A stretch of 64,000 nt of DNA from a virus. The translations under genes and the position numbers were made by a program. The stretch's first letter is position 1. Every line of letters begins with the position of its first letter. The notes under the pieces were generated by a model. It was not told the origin of the DNA. It worked only from the letters and a program-made list of their open reading frames with translations, and ran no database searches. Below, piece by piece: positions 49,176 through 57,550 of the stretch. The stretch lies in IMG/VR virus record IMGVR_UViG_3300025592_000986. The stretch is one strand, 5' to 3'.

Positions 49176-49961
49176 TTAAGTGCAGTGACTGGTTTTGTGG
49201 AACTCACAATAACCACATGATAACCTATTTTTTATATAATTTTTATTATTAATGTTCGTAATTGCCTTGTTTAAAAGTTCCACAGCATTTGACACTCGTT
49301 TCTTCCCATTTGTGACTTCAAAAATTTCAACTTTCTTGCCCTTGGCGGTCCTTTTCAGCAGGGCAAAATGAGTCCTCACATCGTTGGGGTCGATGCTGTA
49401 CTTATTCGAAAAATAATTTTTATACAAACTTAATTGATAGGATGTCATAGAGTCGCTTTTCTTATCTGTTCTCCAGCCCCAAGAGCAAGTCTTCCAATCT
49501 ATTACGTGGTACTTTCCATCTTTTGTTTTCAGAATTAAATCCACAAAGCCCTTAAAGTTGTAATCAGTGTTGAATTCTATGATTTCTTCGAATAGCGGTT
49601 CTTCTATTTTAAAAACTTCATATTCTCCAAAGTATTCCCGCAACTCTGGTACAATAAAATCAAAAAGGTCTTTGGCCTGGTTGCTCATATCTACAACTAG
49701 TTTCTTGTTTATTGATTCGAAGTTTGGTAGGGATTTTATTTCGTTTACAAAGTTTTTCTTAAACTCTGCTTGAGTGTCTATCGTCTGGTCTAAAACCAGG
49801 CTCTCGCAGACGGTGTGTACCGCCTTTCCAAATGCCGTGTATTCATTGCCGGCGAAACCACTGATTTTGTCTAGATAAGACAGTTTATGTTTGAACGCAC
49901 AATCATTCCAAATTTTGAGTTCCGAGAAGCTTATTTTCTTGTTGTTTTTTTGTTGAGACAC
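49176..49961 (-). CDS. PD-(D/E)XK nuclease, Cas4/AddB-like with an Fe-S cysteine staple
   Basis: ISFSEL...C, FGKAVH, GFVDLI, IDWKT, QLSLY, CGYCEF...C. Probable GTG start at 49961. Confidence 0.85.
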   Translation of the reverse strand: MSQQKNNKKISFSELKIWNDCAFKHKLSYLDKISGFAGNEYTAFGKAVHTVCESLVLDQTIDTQAEFKKNFVNEIKSLPNFESINKKLVVDMSNQAKDLFDFIVPELREYFGEYEVFKIEEPLFEEIIEFNTDYNFKGFVDLILKTKDGKYHVIDWKTCSWGWRTDKKSDSMTSYQLSLYKNYFSNKYSIDPNDVRTHFALLKRTAKGKKVEIFEVTNGKKRVSNAVELLNKAITNINNKNYIKNRLSCGYCEFHKTSHCT

Positions 49962-50352
49962 GACTTCTCTTTCTTGTTGTTGGTGCAGGCGGTGAAGCCG
50001 GCGCTGGTGCAGGCGTGGTGCCATTTTCAGACTCAACTTGAACTATATCAGTCTTTTGTGTCTCGGTCAAGACTCTTTTGACTTTTGTTACGGGGGTTTT
50101 CTTCGGACGAGGCTTTTCAAAAACAAAGTCCGTTTCGAGAAGTGGTGGTTCAGTGTAGTTGCACAAGACATTTTGTTTTGAGCATTTGAACGATGAAAAG
50201 TCTAGCTCTGGTCTCTCTTTCAACAGCTCTGCTCTTAGGTTATCAGCACTAGCCGTGATATAAGGGTCTTTGGCCATTCTGCGTCTTTCGATCCTCGCTC
50301 TAACAACCACTCTGGTTTCAGAGTCTTCTATAATCTTAATATCTCTAAACAT
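49903..50352 (-). CDS. Hypothetical protein with a low-complexity K/P-rich tail
   Basis: ORF coupled to its neighbours; AAGG SD. Confidence 0.6.
   Translation of the reverse strand: MFRDIKIIEDSETRVVVRARIERRRMAKDPYITASADNLRAELLKERPELDFSSFKCSKQNVLCNYTEPPLLETDFVFEKPRPKKTPVTKVKRVLTETQKTDIVQVESENGTTPAPAPASPPAPTTRKRSRVSTKKQQENKLLGTQNLE
50042..50070 (-). promoter_or_regulatory. Sigma70-type promoter TTGACC-N17-TATAGT (extended TG) inside the upstream CDS
   Basis: Canonical spacing; points into the nuclease and glycosyltransferase run. Confidence 0.65.
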
Positions 50353-51040
50353 CCTTATTCTCCTCTTGGTGAAGTTCTTGTAATTTTTTAAATAAGACCG
50401 GGCTAATTCTGTTTATCTTGTCGTGGTCTTTGTGATGATAGAAAGCCTCGAAGCCGTTTGCGAAGTACTCTCTGAGTGACGTTATCGCGTAAGGTGAGTA
50501 AAACAAGTTCATCGATACTGATGACAGGTACGAATACCCAATGTCAAAATACAAGAGATTGTCAAAGTTGTTTGAATATTCCGGGTTCTTAAAATCTTGA
50601 TAATTTAAATCAACCAACCCCTCTGTGTCAAGCAGGTGAAACAACCTTTCCCTCTTGCCTAAAAACTCAACCTCCAGGATTCCATCGGAATATATAGATA
50701 GGAACTGTTCCTCCTCTACTGAGTGGGCGATTTCGTGTATTATATCGTCCGCCATATCCCCCTCATCTTCCTGCTTGTTTGTAACGTATATAGCACCCTC
50801 CATATACAGAGCGTTTACGCTCCTCTCCTTAAAGACGTCGAAGTCTCCAACAAAAATGTAGTCTATGTTGTCTAGGAACCTAACAGGTATTGTCGAACCG
50901 ACACGAAACAGAACCCTATCGATATTCAAGTTGTCTGGAAGTTCGTCTTTTATTATAACCTGTATGTTTCCCAGGCTTTTTTCTTTAAAAGATTTCTTAA
51001 ACTTCTTGCTGGATTCTTTTATGTACTCTCTATTCGACAT
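50345..51040 (-). CDS. Zincin-like metallopeptidase domain protein
   Basis: IIHEIAHSVE and a downstream REYFANGFE third ligand. Start moved to ATG 51040. Confidence 0.65.
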   Translation of the reverse strand: MSNREYIKESSKKFKKSFKEKSLGNIQVIIKDELPDNLNIDRVLFRVGSTIPVRFLDNIDYIFVGDFDVFKERSVNALYMEGAIYVTNKQEDEGDMADDIIHEIAHSVEEEQFLSIYSDGILEVEFLGKRERLFHLLDTEGLVDLNYQDFKNPEYSNNFDNLLYFDIGYSYLSSVSMNLFYSPYAITSLREYFANGFEAFYHHKDHDKINRISPVLFKKLQELHQEENKDV

Positions 51041-51356
51041 CTGGGTTTGATAGTTGCGGTAAGTCAGGGTTGCCGCAGAATTCCTCATCTTCTTTTTCAC
51101 TTGTGGCGTCCCAGGATCGAGTGTCTGTTATGGCCTGCTTGTAGCCTCGAATAAAGTTCTCTTCTGCAACTGCAAACAAAAACTCAGGAAACTCTTCAGC
51201 CATAGTATCGACTATCATTTCCAGCGTCACAGCGTCTCCTTCTGGATTGTTTTTTTCGCCGACGTAATCAACTAACCAAGACTTCATTTCTCCGTCCTCA
51301 TTAACTACGACCTTAAGATCTTCGTTTCCATTTTCCTCATTATACGTGATTTTCAT
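51030..51356 (-). CDS. Hypothetical acidic protein
   Basis: Clean ORF with AAGG SD; AEEFPEFL...AEENFIRGY. Confidence 0.7.
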   Translation of the reverse strand: MKITYNEENGNEDLKVVVNEDGEMKSWLVDYVGEKNNPEGDAVTLEMIVDTMAEEFPEFLFAVAEENFIRGYKQAITDTRSWDATSEKEDEEFCGNPDLPQLSNPDVE

Positions 51357-51370
51357 ACTGTGCCTTTCTT

Positions 51371-52693
51371 TTATAGTATTCTAGCTGAGACTGATGCTAC
51401 TTTGGATCTTTCTCCCTTTAGTAGTGTAACGTGCCCCGCTATTTCTTGGTCTTTAAACTTTTCTACGAGATATGACAAACCATTGTTTGTAGAATCTATG
51501 TAAATATTATCTATCTGCTCTATGTCTCCAGTTAGGACTATCTTGGTGCCTTCGCCAACTCTCGTAAGAACTGTCTTGATTTCGTGTCTGTTCATATTCT
51601 GAGCTTCGTCTATGATTATGAACGAGTTGCATATGGATCTACCCCTTATGTAAGTCATAGCCTCGACCTCTATTCTACCCTCATCAATGTGCATATCTAA
51701 AGTCATCTTATCATTCCCAAAAAGAAATTGTAAATTATCTTGTATCGGTGCCAGCCAAGGTAGCATTTTTTCATCTCTAGTTCCTGGCAAAAACCCAATA
51801 TCTTTACCTACTGGCTCAACAGGCTTGGTTACAACTATTCTGTTGTATATCCTGTCATTGGCCGTTTCTCCAAAAGTTTGCTGTAGTGCTGCAGCTAGCG
51901 CCAACAAAGTCTTTCCAGACCCTGCTTTTCCGATCAACGTAACAACTGGGACGGTCGGGTCCATCAAGAGATCTAGAGCAAATGTTTGCTCTTTGTTTCT
52001 TGGCTTCAATCCCCAAATCTTCCTCTTTAAGTTTTCGACCTTCTTCACAGGTCTCGTGTAATCCAAAAATCTTACTAGTGCAGACTTTTTTTCATTAAAA
52101 TTTGATACCAACATCACAAACTGATTGTTGCCAAGCTTTATTTCCTGCTCGTCTAAATATATTTCTTCGTCATTGTAGACAGAATCTATAATCTGGTCGT
52201 CGACCAAATGCTCGGTCGTGCCAGTATAAAGACCACTTATGTCTTCCACAACTTGTTCTGCGTTATAGTCCTCACACAAGATATCTAGAGAATCGCATTT
52301 GACTCTCATATTGATATCCCGAGAAACTAAAATAACCTTGGTGTCAGGGTTTCGGTTCTTCTCTGTAAGCGCGGTTGCAATTATCTGATTGTCTGGATTT
52401 GCCAGCTCTAAATCGCTTGGCAGTACGGACGAATCAAAAGATTTTACCCATACGAGGCCCTTACCCTTAGCGACCCTAACACCGTTGCTTAGGTTGCCAG
52501 ACTCCCTTAGTTTGTCTAATTTTCTTATTATGTTTCTAGCGTGCGAGCCGACCGGATCTTGACGCTTTTTGTGTTTGTCAATCTCATCTAAAACTTTTAG
52601 AGGAATGACTATATCATTCGCGTTGAACGATTCTATCGAATTCGCATCACTGAGGTAAACATTTGTGTCTAGTACGTATATTTTTTTAGCCAA
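51371..52693 (-). CDS. phoH: PIN-domain PhoH-family ATPase (PhoH2-type)
   Basis: YVLDTNV (PIN), GKAGSGKT, YIRGRS, IIDEAQN, TGDIEQID. TTG 52693 is the likely start (alternative 52711). Confidence 0.93.
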   Translation of the reverse strand: MAKKIYVLDTNVYLSDANSIESFNANDIVIPLKVLDEIDKHKKRQDPVGSHARNIIRKLDKLRESGNLSNGVRVAKGKGLVWVKSFDSSVLPSDLELANPDNQIIATALTEKNRNPDTKVILVSRDINMRVKCDSLDILCEDYNAEQVVEDISGLYTGTTEHLVDDQIIDSVYNDEEIYLDEQEIKLGNNQFVMLVSNFNEKKSALVRFLDYTRPVKKVENLKRKIWGLKPRNKEQTFALDLLMDPTVPVVTLIGKAGSGKTLLALAAALQQTFGETANDRIYNRIVVTKPVEPVGKDIGFLPGTRDEKMLPWLAPIQDNLQFLFGNDKMTLDMHIDEGRIEVEAMTYIRGRSICNSFIIIDEAQNMNRHEIKTVLTRVGEGTKIVLTGDIEQIDNIYIDSTNNGLSYLVEKFKDQEIAGHVTLLKGERSKVASVSARIL

Positions 52694-52717
52694 AACAAAA
52701 CTCTCTTTCAATTATAG

Positions 52718-52725
52718 TAATTAGT
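52718..52725 (-). promoter_or_regulatory. Putative late-promoter element ACTAATTA
   Basis: Immediately upstream of phoH; matches the recurring motif. Confidence 0.4.
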
Positions 52726-52915
52726 CGGTTGCGGTCTCTTTTTTCCATTTAGTTGGTACTCTTGAATATTCAACGTTGTTAATTTTGTATTTTTTAACAC
52801 TGTAGTTGAATTGTTTCTCGCTGAGGCTTTCGGTGGGCTTCTTGTGCCCTGCTTCTGTTGTTTGTGATAATCCGTTAAACAGAACCAAGACAAAAGGCAT
52901 TAGTGAATAAAGCAT
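52721..52915 (-). CDS. Small exported protein (64 aa)
   Basis: AAGGAG SD and hydrophobic N-terminus. Confidence 0.55.
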   Translation of the reverse strand: MLYSLMPFVLVLFNGLSQTTEAGHKKPTESLSEKQFNYSVKKYKINNVEYSRVPTKWKKETATD

Positions 52916-52963
52916 TAAAGTGCTCCTTTTTAAAAATATATTCTTTCAACATATATTTATTAT

Positions 52964-53716
52964 ATGAGAGGGAATATGAACAACTTTTTTTCAATTTTAA
53001 TATTTTATTTTTTTATTGCATCTTGTGCCTCGCCTTCTTGGGTTAGAGAATCAGGGCGAAGAGCACCAATAGAATCATTTGTGTTTATAAAAGCCACGGT
53101 AAAATTACAAAGGTGCGCGTCGATTGATTCACAAAGTATTTGCACTGTTGAGAACCACGGATCAACAGCGTCGGGAATCTCCATAGGTAACATAGGAAAC
53201 TCTTCTGTTATTCTGACCGCAGGACATCTGTGTGAAGTTGACAGCGCAAGCTTGCCCCCGGATGTGCAAGGATACAAAGTTGAGATAGAAGTCTACAACT
53301 ACAGGGGAAGGTCAAAGGTGGGTAAAATAATAAAGAGTATATATAAAGATCCAGATATGTGCTCTATTTTGGTCAAGGATTTTATGATACCTGGTGTAAA
53401 GTTCTCGATGTCTGCACCTGAAGTTGGTGAAAGGGTATACGCCCTGTCCGCACCGGTCGGGATATTTCACCCGCCAGCAGTACCAATACTAGAGGGGCTC
53501 TACAGTGGGGACAGATTTGAAAGGGATTTCTCGATTGTAACTATAAGGGCGACTGGGGGTTCTTCCGGTAGCGGTATCTTAAACGAGAGGATGGAACTGA
53601 TTGGGATATTGTTTGCGACGCACCCTGCTTTTAACAGCGTGACTCTAATTTCCACCTATTCATTAACCAGAAAATTCATATTCGACACGCTCCTACAACT
53701 CAAGGTTATGCGTTAG
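52964..53716 (+). CDS. Trypsin-like serine protease, probable lipoprotein
   Basis: ILTAGHLC, PDMC, GGSSGSG triad; lipobox IASC. True start may be ATG 52976. Confidence 0.88.
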   Translation: MRGNMNNFFSILIFYFFIASCASPSWVRESGRRAPIESFVFIKATVKLQRCASIDSQSICTVENHGSTASGISIGNIGNSSVILTAGHLCEVDSASLPPDVQGYKVEIEVYNYRGRSKVGKIIKSIYKDPDMCSILVKDFMIPGVKFSMSAPEVGERVYALSAPVGIFHPPAVPILEGLYSGDRFERDFSIVTIRATGGSSGSGILNERMELIGILFATHPAFNSVTLISTYSLTRKFIFDTLLQLKVMR

Positions 53717-53876
53717 AAAGCCAACTAGTTAATAGGCCCTCTTTTTTATCTTTCATCATTTCCAAACGGCGGGCGAAGGCGAACTTCTTGGCTCGCTTAG
53801 CCGTATCGACAGATTTGTTGATCTCTTCAATCTCAACCCTCAACAAATAAATTTTGTTTCTACTTTTCTTCATCAT
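53706..53876 (-). CDS. Small basic helical protein (56 aa), not in the ORF track
   Basis: MMKKSRNKIYLLRVEIEEINKSVDTAKRAKKFAFARRLEMMKDKKEGLLTSWLSNA; ATGA overlap with the upstream gene; GGAGG SD. Confidence 0.6.
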   Translation of the reverse strand: MMKKSRNKIYLLRVEIEEINKSVDTAKRAKKFAFARRLEMMKDKKEGLLTSWLSNA

Positions 53877-54196
53877 TTTTTAACCGCCTCCTTCTTCTTG
53901 CCTATCTTTACTTTACCGTAAACGACGTAAATTCTGTACCTGAGAGATATCCCATAACCCTGTGGGGCTACCAAGGGGTGATAGTACACATCTTTTATGT
54001 TGTAACTTGACCAGGTTTTAATTCTTTCGATTATTGTATTTGACAATTTATCTATGGTAAATTGGTAGGTGTCCTGCGTTCTGAGCGCTTTCTTGTGATT
54101 CTCCAGGTTGGCACCTAGATGATCGAATCCGGCAAGGACACTTTTTAAGAATTCTAAAGATTCTTTACTTGTTATTGATCTTTCACTTGTAGCCAT
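53873..54196 (-). CDS. Hypothetical protein (107 aa)
   Basis: Overlaps both neighbours; GGGAG SD. Confidence 0.6.
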   Translation of the reverse strand: MATSERSITSKESLEFLKSVLAGFDHLGANLENHKKALRTQDTYQFTIDKLSNTIIERIKTWSSYNIKDVYYHPLVAPQGYGISLRYRIYVVYGKVKIGKKKEAVKK

Positions 54197-54371
54197 CTTT
54201 CTCCCAACCGCCCCCTTTTAAGCGAAACGAGGATGGAGAAATCTGTTCAAATATTTCTTTTTCTCCACACTCAGCGCATTCAGATTCAAGTAATACAAGC
54301 TTCTGTTTGTAAGAATGAATCTTGAAAAACTCAGCTTCGCAGGTTTTGCACCTGTAACGATAAATAGGCAT
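54183..54371 (-). CDS. FmdB-family zinc-ribbon protein
   Basis: MPIYRYRCKTC...CAECG...FRLKGGGW. Confidence 0.9.
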   Translation of the reverse strand: MPIYRYRCKTCEAEFFKIHSYKQKLVLLESECAECGEKEIFEQISPSSFRLKGGGWEKDGYK

Positions 54372-54375
54372 CGCG

Positions 54376-55008
54376 TCAAATAATCTCGTCGACTAATCCA
54401 TACTCAAGACACTTTTCGGCATCCCACCACAAATCGTGTTTCAGGATGTCATTCATTTTATGTTCAGGGATCTTAGTGTACTCTCTATAAATGTTCTTGA
54501 TCTTCTTCATAAGCATTTTAGAATTTTCCATATCATCCCTCATCGCAGCGTACTTGCCCCACATCACACCAGAAAGCTGATGAACTAGCATACAAGCGTT
54601 CTTTTGAATATACCTTTTATCAGCTACTATCGACATTAAAGTTGCGGCAGATGCTGCGCAGCCGTCAACCACACTGTGTATAGGCAATTCAGAATTTATA
54701 ATATGATCAACAGCAGAAAGGCCTGCAAAAACCGACCCTCCGTAACTGTTAATGTGAAGCTTGATAACAGGCTTTCCACAATCGTAAAAATGGCTCTTTG
54801 GCAATAAGTTGTAGTTCAGGTTGAAAATCAGCTTATTCATTTTTAAAACTTTTGGGCGAGACACGCCAGAATAAAAATAAATCCTATTTCCAGAATGATC
54901 AACTTGATTAAAGTCAGCGTTATCAGATAACTCCAGATCCATCGGTGATGTCACCTTCTTTGTGACTTCCTCTTTCTCCTTTTCAGAACCCCAGTATTGA
55001 TCTCTCAC
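54376..55008 (-). CDS. clpP: ClpP-family protease subunit
   Basis: LHINSYGGSV, GCAASAAT, MLVHQ, DLWWDAEKCLEYGLVDEI. Probable GTG start at 55008 after AGGAG. Confidence 0.88.
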   Translation of the reverse strand: MRDQYWGSEKEKEEVTKKVTSPMDLELSDNADFNQVDHSGNRIYFYSGVSRPKVLKMNKLIFNLNYNLLPKSHFYDCGKPVIKLHINSYGGSVFAGLSAVDHIINSELPIHSVVDGCAASAATLMSIVADKRYIQKNACMLVHQLSGVMWGKYAAMRDDMENSKMLMKKIKNIYREYTKIPEHKMNDILKHDLWWDAEKCLEYGLVDEII

Positions 55009-55037
55009 GAACGTACTCCTTTTTTTATGTTTGTATT

Positions 55038-55568
55038 TTACCAGTTTACGCCAGTAGTGATTGCAGTCGCCCAATAGTCATTGACGTCGGGTACGAAACT
55101 AAAGTGTACTGGTACGCTGAACATACCAGCATTCATAGTGTATCCGACTGCGCCGATCAGGTGAATGAATTTATCCTCCCCTGATGGATCGTGGAATGAT
55201 AAATTTGGACCTACAGCGATCTGTAAAGACTTGTCAATCTCAAACCCGATCAAAGCACGCACGGATGGTGAAACAACGCTCTGATCCAACCCAGACAGAC
55301 TCAAGTTCTGAATAAACAACACGTCTAACCAGTCGCCGCCTGGCATCGTCTGTTGTAACTCCAGTCCCATTGTAAACATATGCGGACTTTGGAGTTCCGA
55401 TTCTTTACCTTCCGAGTTTGGTTTGTGTGCCTTATTGGCGTAAACATACCCGAATCTAATTCCCGAACGCTTGGTCCATTTACCAGCCTCATCGGATGTA
55501 TCGCGTGCGATAGCTAGTGATGGCACAATCAATGCAAGTGTCAATAGTGTTAAAATAACTTTCTTCAT
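55038..55568 (-). CDS. Exported protein, probable small outer-membrane beta-barrel
   Basis: Signal peptide MKKVILTLLTLALIVPSLAIA, amphipathic strands, terminal ITTGVNW. Start moved to ATG 55568 because the track start lies inside the tRNA. Confidence 0.6.
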   Translation of the reverse strand: MKKVILTLLTLALIVPSLAIARDTSDEAGKWTKRSGIRFGYVYANKAHKPNSEGKESELQSPHMFTMGLELQQTMPGGDWLDVLFIQNLSLSGLDQSVVSPSVRALIGFEIDKSLQIAVGPNLSFHDPSGEDKFIHLIGAVGYTMNAGMFSVPVHFSFVPDVNDYWATAITTGVNW

Positions 55569-55589
55569 TTTTTTCTCCCTTTTAGTTTG

Positions 55590-55663
55590 TGGGCCCACCT
55601 GGATTTGAACCAGAAACCTTCTGTTTATGAGACAGATGCTCTAACCGATTGAGCTATAGGCCC
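55590..55663 (-). tRNA. tRNA with CAT anticodon, most likely tRNA-Ile2 (lysidine type); CCA not encoded
   Basis: GGGCCTATAGCTCAATCGGTTAGAGCATCTGTCTCATAAACAGAAGGTTTCTGGTTCAAATCCAGGTGGGCCCA folds as a cloverleaf with loop CTCATAA, C4-G69, C5-G68 and A73. Lies 24 nt downstream of tilS. Confidence 0.9.
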
Positions 55664-55687
55664 GAATGACTAATACCATAGCACACA

Positions 55688-56290
55688 TTACAAATATGTT
55701 TCAATCAATTTCTTTCTTATCGTAGTTCTTATTCCTGGATTTACTTTAAGTACTTGTGGGATGATTTTGTGGCGCACCCTGTTTCTCATAAAGTTGGTTA
55801 GTTGATTTGATGGGTCTTCTGTCCACTTGACGTCTTTGTTTCTAGCGTACTGCTTTATCGCTGTCTTACTGGTCATCAGGAAGGGCCTAAAAATATTGGT
55901 ATTTCTTTGAAACGGGATCAGCTTTGTTTGACCGTGAAATGCAGACATCAGCCAAGTCTCAACGCAATCGTCCAGGTGATGACAGGTGATAATAAAGTCG
56001 CTGTCTAATTTCTGGAGGAAACCATACCTCTCATCTCTCCAGAACTCTTCTAGGGAGCGCTTCTCTTTTCTACCCACAACTCTACCGACGTGCAATTTTA
56101 GTTTGTTCTTTTCGGCATACCCCTTTACAAAGTCTTCAGACTTTCTCGCAAAAGCGGTGTCGTGATTAAAATAAGCTAATTCTATGTCTTTCTTCCCTTG
56201 GAGCAAGAAGCTAGTAAAGACCATCGAGTCGATACCGCCGGAGCAAGCAATTGTCACTTTTTTGGGAATCTTTTTAATTATCCTGATCAT
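55688..56290 (-). CDS. tilS: tRNA(Ile)-lysidine synthase, catalytic domain only (~200 aa)
   Basis: ACSGGIDSM, FNH, RDERY, TCHHLDDCVET, RPFL, EDPSN, RNRVRH. Confidence 0.9.
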   Translation of the reverse strand: MIRIIKKIPKKVTIACSGGIDSMVFTSFLLQGKKDIELAYFNHDTAFARKSEDFVKGYAEKNKLKLHVGRVVGRKEKRSLEEFWRDERYGFLQKLDSDFIITCHHLDDCVETWLMSAFHGQTKLIPFQRNTNIFRPFLMTSKTAIKQYARNKDVKWTEDPSNQLTNFMRNRVRHKIIPQVLKVNPGIRTTIRKKLIETYL

Positions 56291-56297
56291 AGAAAGC

Positions 56298-56326
56298 ACA
56301 GTATCACATTCTAATGCAGAAGTCTA
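56298..56326 (-). promoter_or_regulatory. Sigma70-type promoter TAGACT-N17-TACTGT (extended TG) for tilS, probably leaderless
   Basis: -10 ends 7 nt before ATG 56290; no SD. Confidence 0.5.
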
Positions 56327-56332
56327 TCTATT

Positions 56333-57433
56333 TTATGAGGCGCTAAAATCTACCAAAGTCACTGTTTTGGTAGCACCGGCTGACGTAATCTTGATCATAA
56401 CATCTCCATCGTCGCCAGAGCCCTGACCACTTGACATCCAAATAACAGAACTTCCTTCTTCGGGGTTGTCTGGATCATATGTTCTTTCTTTCAAGATAAG
56501 TGGCCCTTCTAGCTTTGTATTTCCGTATACGTGTAAGGCCTCTTCGGGAATCTTGATTCCTATGCCCAAACTACCAGAAGCATTAGTGTTCAAAGAATCC
56601 AAAGTATCACTAGGGATCTCTGTCTGATCAATAATTGCAGCACCATTAGTTAATGTTCCGTGATAACCTGAAACGTAATCTCTTATACCATTTGATCCCT
56701 CAACATCCTGGTCATCTCCCATTTTCCACCAAGAAACAACATTTGCAAAGGCAGAGTGGTTGCGCACATTCATAACATTTCCAGAGTTGTAGATTTCTGC
56801 AACTTCTGCTGATGACAATTCTTTATTAAAAACTACACAATCTGCAATTCTATCTTCAAAGACCCTATTAGCATTTGCTAAGTCTTGCGTAGCGCCGATT
56901 ACAACAGGAGTAGATGTGTTTCTAAGTCTAGAATAACTACCATTTGCGCTCTGAGTGGAAGTAGTTTGAGATCCGTCAGTATATACTTTTATACCTGTTT
57001 GAGAACCGTTGCCACTGTAAGTTGCAACTACGTGATGCCAAGTTGCATCAGATAAGGTTGCTGAAGGCGCTTGTGTTCTTATTGAATCACCAGCAGCAGA
57101 AGAAATGTTATCATACAAGAAGAACTGTAGTTTACCATTAGCGTGTTTGAAGATAAACTCGTTACCTCCAGTTGTAAAGTTTGCTTTTGATATAAAAGGT
57201 CCGTCATCAGAAGAGATATCTCCCACGTAAACCCACAGCGACAAAGAAAAAGGAAGATCGTTTGATCCATTTGTAAAACTAAAATCATCCTGATCTGATA
57301 CTAATACGTGATCGTTAGTTCCATCTAAACTTATTGCTTTTTTGTTTATTTTTTCTTCTGCGTTGACCTTGATTGAGGAGTCAATAGCTTCAGACCAGCC
57401 AATCTGATTTACATCAATTTTACTTCTAGCCAT
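56333..57433 (-). CDS. LamG/concanavalin-domain virion surface or fibre protein
   Basis: SLDGTNDHV, FSLSLWV, WHHVVATY, IYNSG, VSWWKMGD; fibre-type GSLGIGIKIPEEALHVYG. Confidence 0.8.
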   Translation of the reverse strand: MARSKIDVNQIGWSEAIDSSIKVNAEEKINKKAISLDGTNDHVLVSDQDDFSFTNGSNDLPFSLSLWVYVGDISSDDGPFISKANFTTGGNEFIFKHANGKLQFFLYDNISSAAGDSIRTQAPSATLSDATWHHVVATYSGNGSQTGIKVYTDGSQTTSTQSANGSYSRLRNTSTPVVIGATQDLANANRVFEDRIADCVVFNKELSSAEVAEIYNSGNVMNVRNHSAFANVVSWWKMGDDQDVEGSNGIRDYVSGYHGTLTNGAAIIDQTEIPSDTLDSLNTNASGSLGIGIKIPEEALHVYGNTKLEGPLILKERTYDPDNPEEGSSVIWMSSGQGSGDDGDVMIKITSAGATKTVTLVDFSAS

Positions 57434-57436
57434 CTG

Positions 57437-57550
57437 TTACCACTTCCTACAAGACCAGTATCTTGCCTTGGTCTTGGGGCCTGGGTTCTTGCAGTTGTGC
57501 CTTGCTCTAAAGCTTTTTCTCGCCTTTGGGTTAGACTTTCTAATCTTCAT
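57437..57550 (-). CDS. Small basic two-Cys peptide (37 aa) MKIRKSNPKARKSFRARHNCKNPGPKTKARYWSCRKW
   Basis: Resembles a basic module I recall from T4-like environmental phages; overlaps the upstream gene end. May be a truncated remnant. Confidence 0.55.
   Translation of the reverse strand: MKIRKSNPKARKSFRARHNCKNPGPKTKARYWSCRKW

Noticed and set aside
49176-49961. CRISPR-Cas locus suggested by the Cas4-like nuclease
   Set aside because: No repeat-spacer array or other cas genes were seen, and stand-alone Cas4-like nucleases are common in phages.
49980-50020. Short GGTGCAGGC direct repeat
   Set aside because: It simply encodes a Pro/Ala linker (PAPAPASPPAP).
55590-55663. tRNA-Met or initiator tRNA-fMet
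   Set aside because: G1-C72 is paired and there is no triple G-C anticodon stem; the Ile-type acceptor stem and adjacent tilS favour Ile2.
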